Below are positions 8,051 through 16,030 of a stretch of 64,000 nucleotides of DNA, in pieces; within the stretch, counting starts at the first letter, position 1; each line of letters opens with the position of its first letter. Below the pieces are notes generated by a model, which did no database searches, had not been told where the DNA came from, and worked only from the letters and a program-made list of their open reading frames with translations. The DNA is from Myxococcota bacterium (lineage in GTDB: Bacteria > Myxococcota_A > UBA796 > UBA2385). A program made the position numbers and the translations under genes. The stretch spans positions 96,001 through 160,000 of the forward strand of contig JBIJDH010000019.1 of NCBI GenBank assembly GCA_044344255.1, in the 5' to 3' direction.

Positions 8051-10132
8051 ATGCGGCCCGGCGCCCCTCCGCACGCCCCCCGCTCGCCCTGGCGACGGGT
8101 CGGCCTCTCCGCCGCCGCCACGCTCGGCTTCGGCCTCGGCCTCCTGCCCGCCTGCGACACGCCCCCGCCCGCCGGGCCCGGCGTCTTCGTGCTCGGCGTG
8201 GACGGCATGGACCCCGTCATCCTCCGCCGCCTGATCGACGCCGGCCGGATGCCGAACCTCGCCAAGCTGGCGGCCAACGGGAGCTTCCAGGAGCTCGGCA
8301 CCTCGAACCCGCCCCAGAGCCCCGTCGCCTGGTCAAACTTCGTCACCGGCGAGGATCCAGGCGGGCACGGCATCTACGACTTCGTCCACCGCGACCCCAA
8401 GACCTACCTCCCCACCTCCTCGGCCACCCCGGCCCCCGGCGAGCCGCCCTCCTCCATCGACGTCTTCGGCTACTACCTGCCGATCGGCGGCGATGACGTG
8501 GTGAACAACCGCTCCGGCACCCCCTGGTGGGACTCCCTCCACGGCGCCGGGGTCGACGTCGAGGTCTACCGCATCCCCGGGAACTACCCGCCCACCCCCT
8601 CCGAGGCCCGCACCCTCTCCGGGATGGGCACCGTCGACATGCGCGGCGGCTACGGCATCTACTCCTGGTTCACCGATCAGGCGGTGACCTCGAAGGAGGC
8701 GCTCAAGGGGGACATCCAGCTCGTCACCGTCGAGGACTACGACCTCGACGGCAAGGGCGACACCGTGAAGGGCAAGCTCAAGGGGGCCCCCGACATCTTC
8801 CACCTGCCCCCCGGCCAGATCCCGACAGAGAGCGACTACCTCACCGCCGCCTTCACCGTGTCGATCGACCCCACCGAGGACGTCGCCTTCATCCGCTTCG
8901 GCTCCCCGGGCGACGGCGGCGCCGAGGCGCTGCTGCGCGAGGGCGAGTGGACCGACTGGATGAACGTCAGCTTTGACGCCCTGCCCGCCGGCGCCCTCCC
9001 CCTCGCCGGTGCGGTGCGCTTCTACGCCAAGGAGCTGCGCCCCGCCTTCAAGCTCTACGCCTCCCCGGTCAACATGTCGGCCGAGGAGCCGCCCCAGCCC
9101 ATCTCCACCCCCGACGAGTTCGCCCCCGACCTCGCCCTCGCGGTGGGCGGCGGCTTCTACACCCAGGGGATGCCCGAGGAGACCAACGCCCTCCGCGACG
9201 GCACCTTCACCGACGACGACTACGAGCGGCAGGTCCACCTCGTGATGGAGGACGCCGAGCGCATGCTCAGCGTGGCCCTCGACCGCTTCCAGCCGGGCGA
9301 CGCCACCTTCTTCTACCTCTCCGACATCGACCTCCAGTGCCACATGCTCTGGCGCCACGGCGACCCGAAGCAGCCCGGCGGCCTCGCCCACCCCGCCTAC
9401 GAGCCCGAGTCCGCCCAGGCCCACGCCGACGACATCGACGGCTACTACGAGAACGTCGACCGCCTCGTCGGCAAGATCGTGAGCGGGCTGCCCGCCGACT
9501 CCCTCCTCCTCGTGATGAGCGACCACGGCTTCCAGCCTTTCACCCGCAAGGTCCACCTGAACAGTTGGCTCCGGGACAACGGCTACCTGACCCTCAAGGA
9601 CGGCAAGCGGGAGGGCCACATCGCGCACGGTGACGTGGACTGGTCGAAGACCCGCGCCTACGCCCTCGGCTTCAACGCGATCTACCTGAACCTCCAGGGT
9701 CGCGAGCGGGACGGCATCGTCTCCCCCGCGGAGGCCGGCAAGACCATGGCCGAGCTCCAGGCCGCCCTCACCGCCTTCACCGACCCCAAGGACGGCGCCA
9801 AGGTGGTGCTCCGGGTGGACAGAGGCGCCGACATCTACCACGGCGCCCGTGTCTCCGAGTCACCTGACCTCGTCGTCGGCTACGACCGCGGCTACGGGCA
9901 CTCCGACGAGTCCACGCTCGGCGAGCTGCCCGAGGCCGAGCTCGAGGACAACACCTCGAAGTGGTCGGGCAACCACCTCATGGCCCCCGAGGTCGTGCCC
10001 GGCGTGCTCCTCTCGAGCCGCCCCCTGCAAGGCAGCGGCTACGACCTCACCGACGTCACCGCCACGCTCTACGCCTGGTACGGCCTCGCCCCGCACGCCG
10101 GGATGATCGGCCAGCCCATCCTGACCCCCTAA
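8051..10132 (+). CDS. Alkaline phosphatase superfamily (NPP-like) lipoprotein, paralogue of the upstream gene
   Basis: ATG 8051 lies 1 nt after the upstream stop; lipobox LPAC (Cys codon 8153); GVDG, SPVAWS, DLQCH, SDHG, SGNH. Confidence 0.88.
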   Translation: MRPGAPPHAPRSPWRRVGLSAAATLGFGLGLLPACDTPPPAGPGVFVLGVDGMDPVILRRLIDAGRMPNLAKLAANGSFQELGTSNPPQSPVAWSNFVTGEDPGGHGIYDFVHRDPKTYLPTSSATPAPGEPPSSIDVFGYYLPIGGDDVVNNRSGTPWWDSLHGAGVDVEVYRIPGNYPPTPSEARTLSGMGTVDMRGGYGIYSWFTDQAVTSKEALKGDIQLVTVEDYDLDGKGDTVKGKLKGAPDIFHLPPGQIPTESDYLTAAFTVSIDPTEDVAFIRFGSPGDGGAEALLREGEWTDWMNVSFDALPAGALPLAGAVRFYAKELRPAFKLYASPVNMSAEEPPQPISTPDEFAPDLALAVGGGFYTQGMPEETNALRDGTFTDDDYERQVHLVMEDAERMLSVALDRFQPGDATFFYLSDIDLQCHMLWRHGDPKQPGGLAHPAYEPESAQAHADDIDGYYENVDRLVGKIVSGLPADSLLLVMSDHGFQPFTRKVHLNSWLRDNGYLTLKDGKREGHIAHGDVDWSKTRAYALGFNAIYLNLQGRERDGIVSPAEAGKTMAELQAALTAFTDPKDGAKVVLRVDRGADIYHGARVSESPDLVVGYDRGYGHSDESTLGELPEAELEDNTSKWSGNHLMAPEVVPGVLLSSRPLQGSGYDLTDVTATLYAWYGLAPHAGMIGQPILTP

Positions 10133-10167
10133 GCACCGCACCCCACGTACCGCCCTCAGGAGCCCCC

Positions 10168-10371
10168 ATGTTCGGCTTCGGCAAGAACGTCAGCGTCAAG
10201 ATCGACAAGGACCTCCACGCCCGCGTGGCCAAGGTGGCCGACGTGGCCGGCTACGCCACCGTGGAGGAGTTCATCCAGCACATCCTCGAGAAGGAGATGC
10301 TGCACTTCGAGGACACCAAGAACGACGCCGACATCCGCGCGAAGCTCAAGGGCCTCGGCTACATCTCCTAA
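10168..10371 (+). CDS. 67-aa protein with ribbon-helix-helix-like N-terminus and LKGLGYIS tail
   Basis: AGGAG RBS; MFGFGKNVSVKIDKDLHARVAKVADVAGYATVEEFIQHILEKEM...IRAKLKGLGYIS; typical host codon usage. Confidence 0.8.
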   Translation: MFGFGKNVSVKIDKDLHARVAKVADVAGYATVEEFIQHILEKEMLHFEDTKNDADIRAKLKGLGYIS

Positions 10372-10413
10372 GCCACCGCTCCGGCGCAGCGCACCACCGA
10401 TGGGCACCGTCCA

Positions 10414-11232
10414 GTGAACACGTTCAACCGAATCGCGAGCGCCATCTTCGACGTGCTGCTCGCGCCGCTGGGTCACACGCGGCCGTGGTTTGACCTGCTC
10501 CTCTGGCCGGTGCTGGCGGGCATCGTCGCCCTGCTCGTCTACAAGGCGATCAGCAACCAGGCGGGCATCACGCGGGCCAAGAACTTCATCCAGGTGCACC
10601 TCCTCGAGGTGGTGCTCTTCAAGGATGACCTTCGGGTCGTGCTCCCCGCGACGATGAAGGCCCTCGGCTACAACGTGCTGTACCTCGGCAACAACATCCT
10701 CCCGATGGTGGTGATGTTCGCGCCGATGACGGCGATCCTCGTCCAGCTCGTCTCGAACTACGGCTACGCCCCGCTGCCCGTCGGCGAGACCACGCTGCTG
10801 GTGGTCGAGCTCGACCGGGACAGCGCCGTGAAGCCGGCAGACGTCTCGCTCGTGCTCCCGCCGGGCGTCTCCCTCGACGCGCCCCCGGTGCGCACCGCCG
10901 ACGGCGAGGTCGCCTGGCGCCTCCGCCTCGACGCCCCGGGCGACCACGTGCTCCAGCTCCACGCCGGCGCCGAGACCGAGGAGAAGCTCCTCCAGGTGGG
11001 CGGCGAGGCGCGTAAGGTCTCCCCCCTACGCACGAAGTCGTGGGAGGCGCTGCTCTACCCAGCCGAGCCCGTCCCCGCCGCCGACTCCTTCGTCGCCAGC
11101 ATCCGCATCGACCGCCAAGACCAGGACCTCGGCCTCTTCCCCGCGGGAGAGAGCGGGATCCTGGGCTGGTTCTTCGGCTTCTCCCTCCTCGCCGGCCTCC
11201 TGCTCAAGGACCGCTTCGGCGTCACCCTCTAG
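10414..11232 (+). CDS. 3-TM membrane protein with extracytoplasmic beta-rich domain; possible EMC3/TMCO1 (Oxa1/YidC superfamily)-like topology
   Basis: Amphipathic N-helix, TM1 (LLWPVLAGIVALLVY), soluble helical hairpin, TM2 (LPMVVMFAPMTAILVQL), soluble domain, TM3 (GWFFGFSLLAGLLLK). The ORF is solid; the family call is tentative. Confidence 0.65.
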   Translation: MNTFNRIASAIFDVLLAPLGHTRPWFDLLLWPVLAGIVALLVYKAISNQAGITRAKNFIQVHLLEVVLFKDDLRVVLPATMKALGYNVLYLGNNILPMVVMFAPMTAILVQLVSNYGYAPLPVGETTLLVVELDRDSAVKPADVSLVLPPGVSLDAPPVRTADGEVAWRLRLDAPGDHVLQLHAGAETEEKLLQVGGEARKVSPLRTKSWEALLYPAEPVPAADSFVASIRIDRQDQDLGLFPAGESGILGWFFGFSLLAGLLLKDRFGVTL

Positions 11233-11239
11233 GGGTCCC

Positions 11240-11869
11240 ATGTCTGGCTTCCTCTCTTCTCTGTTCGGCGGCGGCAAGGCCAAGTACGGCGAGCCCCTCA
11301 TCATCGTCTCGGGGCTCCCCCGCTCGGGCACCTCGATGATGATGAAGATGCTGGAGGCGGGCGGTCTGCCGATCATGACCGACTCCATCCGCACCGCCGA
11401 CATCGACAACCCGAAGGGCTACTACGAGTACGAGCGGGTCAAGGACCTCGAGAAGGAGACGGACAAGTCCTACATCAAGGAGGGCCGAGGCAAGGTGCTC
11501 AAGGTCATCTCCTTCCTCTTGAAGGACCTGCCCGACGAGAACGCCTACAAGATCATCTTCATGCGGCGAGACCTCGGTGAGGTCATCGCGTCGCAGAACA
11601 AGATGATCAAGCACAGAGGCGAGAAGGACGACAGCGACGACAAGATGATGATCGACGCCTACATGAACCACCTCGCGGCGGTTCGGATCATGGTGCGCAA
11701 GCGGCCTAATTTCGAGATGGTGGAGATCCGCTACGACACCACCGTTCAGGATCCCAAGGAGGCCGCCCGCCAGGTCAACGTCTTCTTAGGCGGCAAGCTC
11801 AATGAGGCGGCGATGGGCCAGATGGTCGACGCCGACCTCTACCGCAACAAGAAGGGCGCCACCGTCTGA
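11240..11869 (+). CDS. PAPS-dependent sulfotransferase family protein (cytoplasmic)
   Basis: 5'-PSB loop VSGLPRSGTSMMM, NPKGYYE, 3'-PB-like IIFMRRDLGEVIASQ; no signal peptide. Confidence 0.85.
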   Translation: MSGFLSSLFGGGKAKYGEPLIIVSGLPRSGTSMMMKMLEAGGLPIMTDSIRTADIDNPKGYYEYERVKDLEKETDKSYIKEGRGKVLKVISFLLKDLPDENAYKIIFMRRDLGEVIASQNKMIKHRGEKDDSDDKMMIDAYMNHLAAVRIMVRKRPNFEMVEIRYDTTVQDPKEAARQVNVFLGGKLNEAAMGQMVDADLYRNKKGATV

Positions 11870-11916
11870 GGCGGCGGCGCGGCGCCTGAGGCGGCCGGTG
11901 CACCCGTAGCGGCCGC

Positions 11917-14121
11917 TCAAGCCCCCCGCGGGTCCTCGAGCGGGCCGGGCGCCTCCATCAGCCCCGGAGCCTCCAGCAGCCGGTCGGCGAGGCGGGTCCA
12001 GCGCTCATCCCCGCCGCGGGTGGTGACGGCGGTCTCGATGGCCCAGGGGTCTCCCACCACGCAGCAGAACTTCCGGGCGCGGGTGATGGCCGTATAGAGC
12101 AGGTTCCGCCGCAGCATGATGCGGTGGGAGCGGTGCATCGCCACGACGACCGCGGGGTACTCGCTCCCCTGGCTCTTGTGGATGGAGATGGCGTATGCGA
12201 GCTCGACGTCATCGAGCTTCTCACCGCTCACCTCCACCATGTGGCCCTCGAAGTCGATCAGCAGGGAGCGCTCCCGCGCCTCGACGATGCGCCCCGTCTC
12301 GCCGTTAAAGACCTCGTTGTCGTAGTCGTTGCGCACCTGGATGACGCGGTCCCCCTGGCGGTAGCGGCGCTCCCCGCGCTGGAGGGCGGGGCCGCTGGGG
12401 TTGAGCACCCCCTGGAGGCGCTCGTTCAAGGCCTCGGTGCCGAGCAGGCCGTTGTGCATGGGGGTCAGCACCTGCACGTCGCGGAGGGGGTCGAAGCCCT
12501 TGGCCGGCAGCCGTTTGGACACGATCTCCAGCAGGGCCGCCTGGGCCTGGAGCGCCTCCTCCCGCAGCACGATGAAGAAGTCCGGCGCCCCGGCCCCCTC
12601 CGGGGAGACGTCGCGCTCTCCGCTCTCGGGGGCCTCGCCGCCGTTGATGCGCCAGGCGTTACGCACGATGCCGGACAGGGCCGCCTGCCGGTAGACCTGG
12701 GTGAGCGTCGCCACCGGCACCTCGCCGGAGCTCACCATCTCACCCAGCACCCGCCCGGGGCCCACGCTCGGGAGCTGGTCGGCGTCGCCCACGAAGATGA
12801 GGCGGCAGCCGCTCGGCAGCGCGGCCAGCAGGCTCTCCATCAGGCGGATGTCCACCATCGAGGCCTCGTCTACGAGCACGGCCTGGGCGGGCAGGGGGTT
12901 GCGCAGGTCGCGGGTGAAGGCGCCCGTGCGCGGGTTGAACTCCAGCAGGCGGTGCAGCGTCTTCGCCTCCTGCCCGGTGGTCTCGGCGAGGCGGCGGGCG
13001 GCGCGGCCGGTGGGGGCGGTGAGCAGCCAGGCCTCGCCCCGCAGGGCCGCGAGGTGCACGAGGGCGCGGACGATGGTGGTCTTGCCGGTGCCCGGCCCGC
13101 CGGTGATCACGACGAGCCCGTGCTGGAAGGCCGCCTCGACCGCTCGCTTCTGGTCACTGTTCAGCGTGAGGCGGATCGCGGCCTCGGCCACCGCCACGTC
13201 GACGCGGGAGGGCCGCCCGGCGGCGACGAGGTCACGCAGCCCCTCGGCCACCCGCGCCTCGGCCCGCTCGAGCTCCGGGCTGTAGACGGGACGCCCCGCG
13301 GGGTCGGCGGCGGGGTGGACGACCACGCGGCCCTGCCGCTGGACCCGCAGCAGCGCGGCCGCGGCCTCCTCGCGGGGCACGGCGAGGTGGTTGGCCCGAG
13401 TCAGCAGCTCGCCCTCGGGCACGAAGCAGTGGCCCTGCCCCTCCGCCTCCTCGAGGAGGTAGACCACGGCCGCCTCCGCGCGGGCGGGGTCGCTCCGGCT
13501 GATGCCCTGGATGAGGGCGATGCGGTCGGCCGTGCGGAAGCCGACGCCGCGGATCTCCGAGGCCAGCCGGTAGGGCTCCTTCGAGACCACCCCCATCGTG
13601 CTCTTGCCGTAGCGCTCGAGGATGCGGTTCGCGAGGGCCTGTCCGATGCCGAGGCCGCGCAGCGAGGCCAGGACCTCGCGGTTCAGGCGGTCCTTGCTCC
13701 ACTGGGCGAGGATCTGCTCCGCCCGCTTGGGGCCGATGCCCGAGACCTCCTGGAGCTTCTCCGGCTCTTCGTCGAGGATGCGCAGGGTGTCGAGGCCGAA
13801 GCGGTCGACCACGCGCTTGGCGAACTCGGGGCCGAGCCCCTTGATGCTCGCGCTCGAGAGGTAACGCTCGAGGCCGAGGATCGTCTTTGGATCATCGACG
13901 AGGAGCTGGTCGACCTTGAAGCGCCGGCCGTATTGGCTGTGCTCTGTCCACTTCCCGACCATCGCGAGGTGCTGCCCCGCCGAGACGTGGCCGATCGGCC
14001 CCACGGCGATCACCTCGCGGCGGTCGGCCCCCCGCACGCGCGCGACCGCGAAGCCGCTGTCGGCGGCCTGGTAGGTGAAGCCGATGAGCTCCCCCTCCAG
14101 GCGGTCGTCCCAGGCGCTCAC
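11917..14121 (-). CDS. recD2: ATP-dependent RecD-like DNA helicase (RecD2)
   Basis: HhH repeats (IKGLGP, VSGIGP), ITGGPGTGKTT, LVDEASM, GDADQLPSVG, YAISIHKSQGSE, LLYTAITRA. Confidence 0.95.
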   Translation of the reverse strand: MSAWDDRLEGELIGFTYQAADSGFAVARVRGADRREVIAVGPIGHVSAGQHLAMVGKWTEHSQYGRRFKVDQLLVDDPKTILGLERYLSSASIKGLGPEFAKRVVDRFGLDTLRILDEEPEKLQEVSGIGPKRAEQILAQWSKDRLNREVLASLRGLGIGQALANRILERYGKSTMGVVSKEPYRLASEIRGVGFRTADRIALIQGISRSDPARAEAAVVYLLEEAEGQGHCFVPEGELLTRANHLAVPREEAAAALLRVQRQGRVVVHPAADPAGRPVYSPELERAEARVAEGLRDLVAAGRPSRVDVAVAEAAIRLTLNSDQKRAVEAAFQHGLVVITGGPGTGKTTIVRALVHLAALRGEAWLLTAPTGRAARRLAETTGQEAKTLHRLLEFNPRTGAFTRDLRNPLPAQAVLVDEASMVDIRLMESLLAALPSGCRLIFVGDADQLPSVGPGRVLGEMVSSGEVPVATLTQVYRQAALSGIVRNAWRINGGEAPESGERDVSPEGAGAPDFFIVLREEALQAQAALLEIVSKRLPAKGFDPLRDVQVLTPMHNGLLGTEALNERLQGVLNPSGPALQRGERRYRQGDRVIQVRNDYDNEVFNGETGRIVEARERSLLIDFEGHMVEVSGEKLDDVELAYAISIHKSQGSEYPAVVVAMHRSHRIMLRRNLLYTAITRARKFCCVVGDPWAIETAVTTRGGDERWTRLADRLLEAPGLMEAPGPLEDPRGA

Positions 14122-14124
14122 GGG

Positions 14125-15660
14125 CTACCGCGAATAGACTTCGTAGCGCTCGATGTGGTAGGTGCCCATCGCCCGCACCACCAGCCGCTTCTGGAGCTTC
14201 TGCTCCAGCGTCTCGAGGCTCGCCATCTCCTCCCCGTACATCATGTCCGCCACCGTGGGGCTGGCGTTGACGTAGATGGTGGGGCGGGCCGGGTTGCGGT
14301 TGGCCTCGCGGCGGACCTCGCGCAGGATGTCGAAGACCACCGTGGTGCGGGAGCGGGTGTAGCCGCGGCCCTCACAGTAGGTGCAGGGCTCCGAGATGCT
14401 GCGGATGAGGTCGTCCTGCACCCGCTTGCGCGTCATCTCGACGAGGCCGAGCTCCGAGATGCGCAGCACGTTGGTGCGGGCGCGGTCCTTCTTCAGCTCC
14501 TCCTCGAGGGCCCGGTAGACACGGTCGCGGTTCTGCGCCTTCTCCATGTCGATGAGGTCGAGGACGATGATGCCGCCGATGTTGCGGAGGCGGAGCTGGT
14601 AGACGATCTCCTTGACCGCCTCGAGGTTGATCGCGAGGGTGGTGTCCTCGAGCGAAGTGTTGCCGACGAACTTGCCGGAGTTCACGTCGATCGCGGTGAG
14701 CGCCTCGGTCTGGTCGAGGATCAAGTAGCCGCCGCTCTTCAGCCAGACCTTGCGGCCGAGGCTGCGGATGATCTCCGTCTCGATGCCGAAGGTGTCAAAG
14801 ACGGGGTCGTTGCCGCGGTAGAGCTGCACCCGCTCGCGGAGCACGGGCATGAAGTCCTTCATGAACTCCATGACCTCGTCGAAGAGCGAGCGGTCATCGA
14901 CCACCATGCGCTCCACCTCCTCGTTGAAGGCGTCGCGGACGACGCGCAGCACGAGGTCGTGGTCGGCGTGGATGAGCGAGGGGGCGCGGGCGGTGGAGGC
15001 CCCCTCCTGGATCTTGGCCCAGGTGCCGATGAGGTAGTCGATGTCCTGCTTGAGCGCGGTCATCGGCTGGCCGTCGCAGACGGTGCGGACGATGAAGCCG
15101 GCGCCCTTGGGGCGGTTCTTCTCGACGAATTCGCGGAGCTTGCGGCGCTCGCGGTCGCGGTCGATGCGGCGCGAGATGCCCACGTGGTCGACCGTCGGCA
15201 TGAAGACCATGTACCGACCGGGCAACGTGATGTGGGTGGTGATGCGGGCCCCCTTGGTGCCGATGGGGTCCTTCGCCACCTGGACCATGATCTCCTGGCC
15301 CTCCTTGATGAGGTCCTGGATCGGCGGCTGGCCGGCGCGCGGCTGCGAGCGGGGCGCGGCCTCGGCGACCGTGGCCTCCGGATCGTCGATCTCCTCCTCG
15401 GGGCCCGCGTTGTCGATGAATTCCGGGTAGATGTCGCCGACGTAGAGGAAGGCGGCGCGCTCGAGCCCAATGTCGACGAAGGCCGCCTGCATGCCGGGGA
15501 GCACGCGCACGACCTTCCCGAAATAGACATTTCCGACTTGGCTCTTGTTGTCTCCTCGGTCGACGTGCAGCTCGGCGAGCTGCCCGTTCTCCATCAGCGC
15601 GACGCGGGTCTCCCTCCCGGTCCGGTTGACGATGATCTCGTTACCCAAAGCGTACTCCAT
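14125..15660 (-). CDS. rng: Ribonuclease G (Rne/Rng family); start ATG 15660 or TTG 15648
   Basis: S1 domain VLPGMQAAFVDIG, KDPIGTKGARIT, LKSGGYL, IDVNSGKF, LRNIGGIIVLD, CTYCEG; no long RNase E C-terminal scaffold. Confidence 0.93.
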   Translation of the reverse strand: MEYALGNEIIVNRTGRETRVALMENGQLAELHVDRGDNKSQVGNVYFGKVVRVLPGMQAAFVDIGLERAAFLYVGDIYPEFIDNAGPEEEIDDPEATVAEAAPRSQPRAGQPPIQDLIKEGQEIMVQVAKDPIGTKGARITTHITLPGRYMVFMPTVDHVGISRRIDRDRERRKLREFVEKNRPKGAGFIVRTVCDGQPMTALKQDIDYLIGTWAKIQEGASTARAPSLIHADHDLVLRVVRDAFNEEVERMVVDDRSLFDEVMEFMKDFMPVLRERVQLYRGNDPVFDTFGIETEIIRSLGRKVWLKSGGYLILDQTEALTAIDVNSGKFVGNTSLEDTTLAINLEAVKEIVYQLRLRNIGGIIVLDLIDMEKAQNRDRVYRALEEELKKDRARTNVLRISELGLVEMTRKRVQDDLIRSISEPCTYCEGRGYTRSRTTVVFDILREVRREANRNPARPTIYVNASPTVADMMYGEEMASLETLEQKLQKRLVVRAMGTYHIERYEVYSR

Positions 15661-16030
15661 GAGGCCGCCGGGGCGCCCGGCCAGGAGCGGGCGCGCGGGG
15701 GACCCACTGCCGCGAGGAGCGGGGGGCCCAACACACGGTCGGCGCGCGCCGGATACCGGCACCGCCAAGCGGCCTTTCGGGTTGGTAGGATGAAGTTCAA
15801 GTAGAAAAAAGCCAGATAGTTCGAAATTTCCAGACCCGGACCAAATGCGTCGGGGACGGAAGCGATGTGAGGATGCGTAGAAGCAGAGAAGCCAGGATGG
15901 GGGGATCAGAGAAGTGAGAAGAGGGATTCGGGGAAGGGGGGAGGACGCAGGTCCTCTGCTCCTCGGTCATGCCACGGCGAGCGGGTTTCGTCAACGCCAG
16001 GGGGCCGCTCCGTGGTACATCTCCGCCGTC

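Noticed and set aside
12124..15804. 1226-aa plus-strand ORF and similar long ORFs (1239-3329, 5860-8373, 32288-35056, 46656-48935, 51580-53856, 53382-56318)
   Set aside because: Antisense shadows of well-supported genes, expected in high-GC DNA with biased codons; no motifs of their own.
15800..16030. Possible cobalamin riboswitch upstream of the TonB receptor
   Set aside because: Only scattered gggaa/gccac words; the ordered conserved core and B12 box could not be found.
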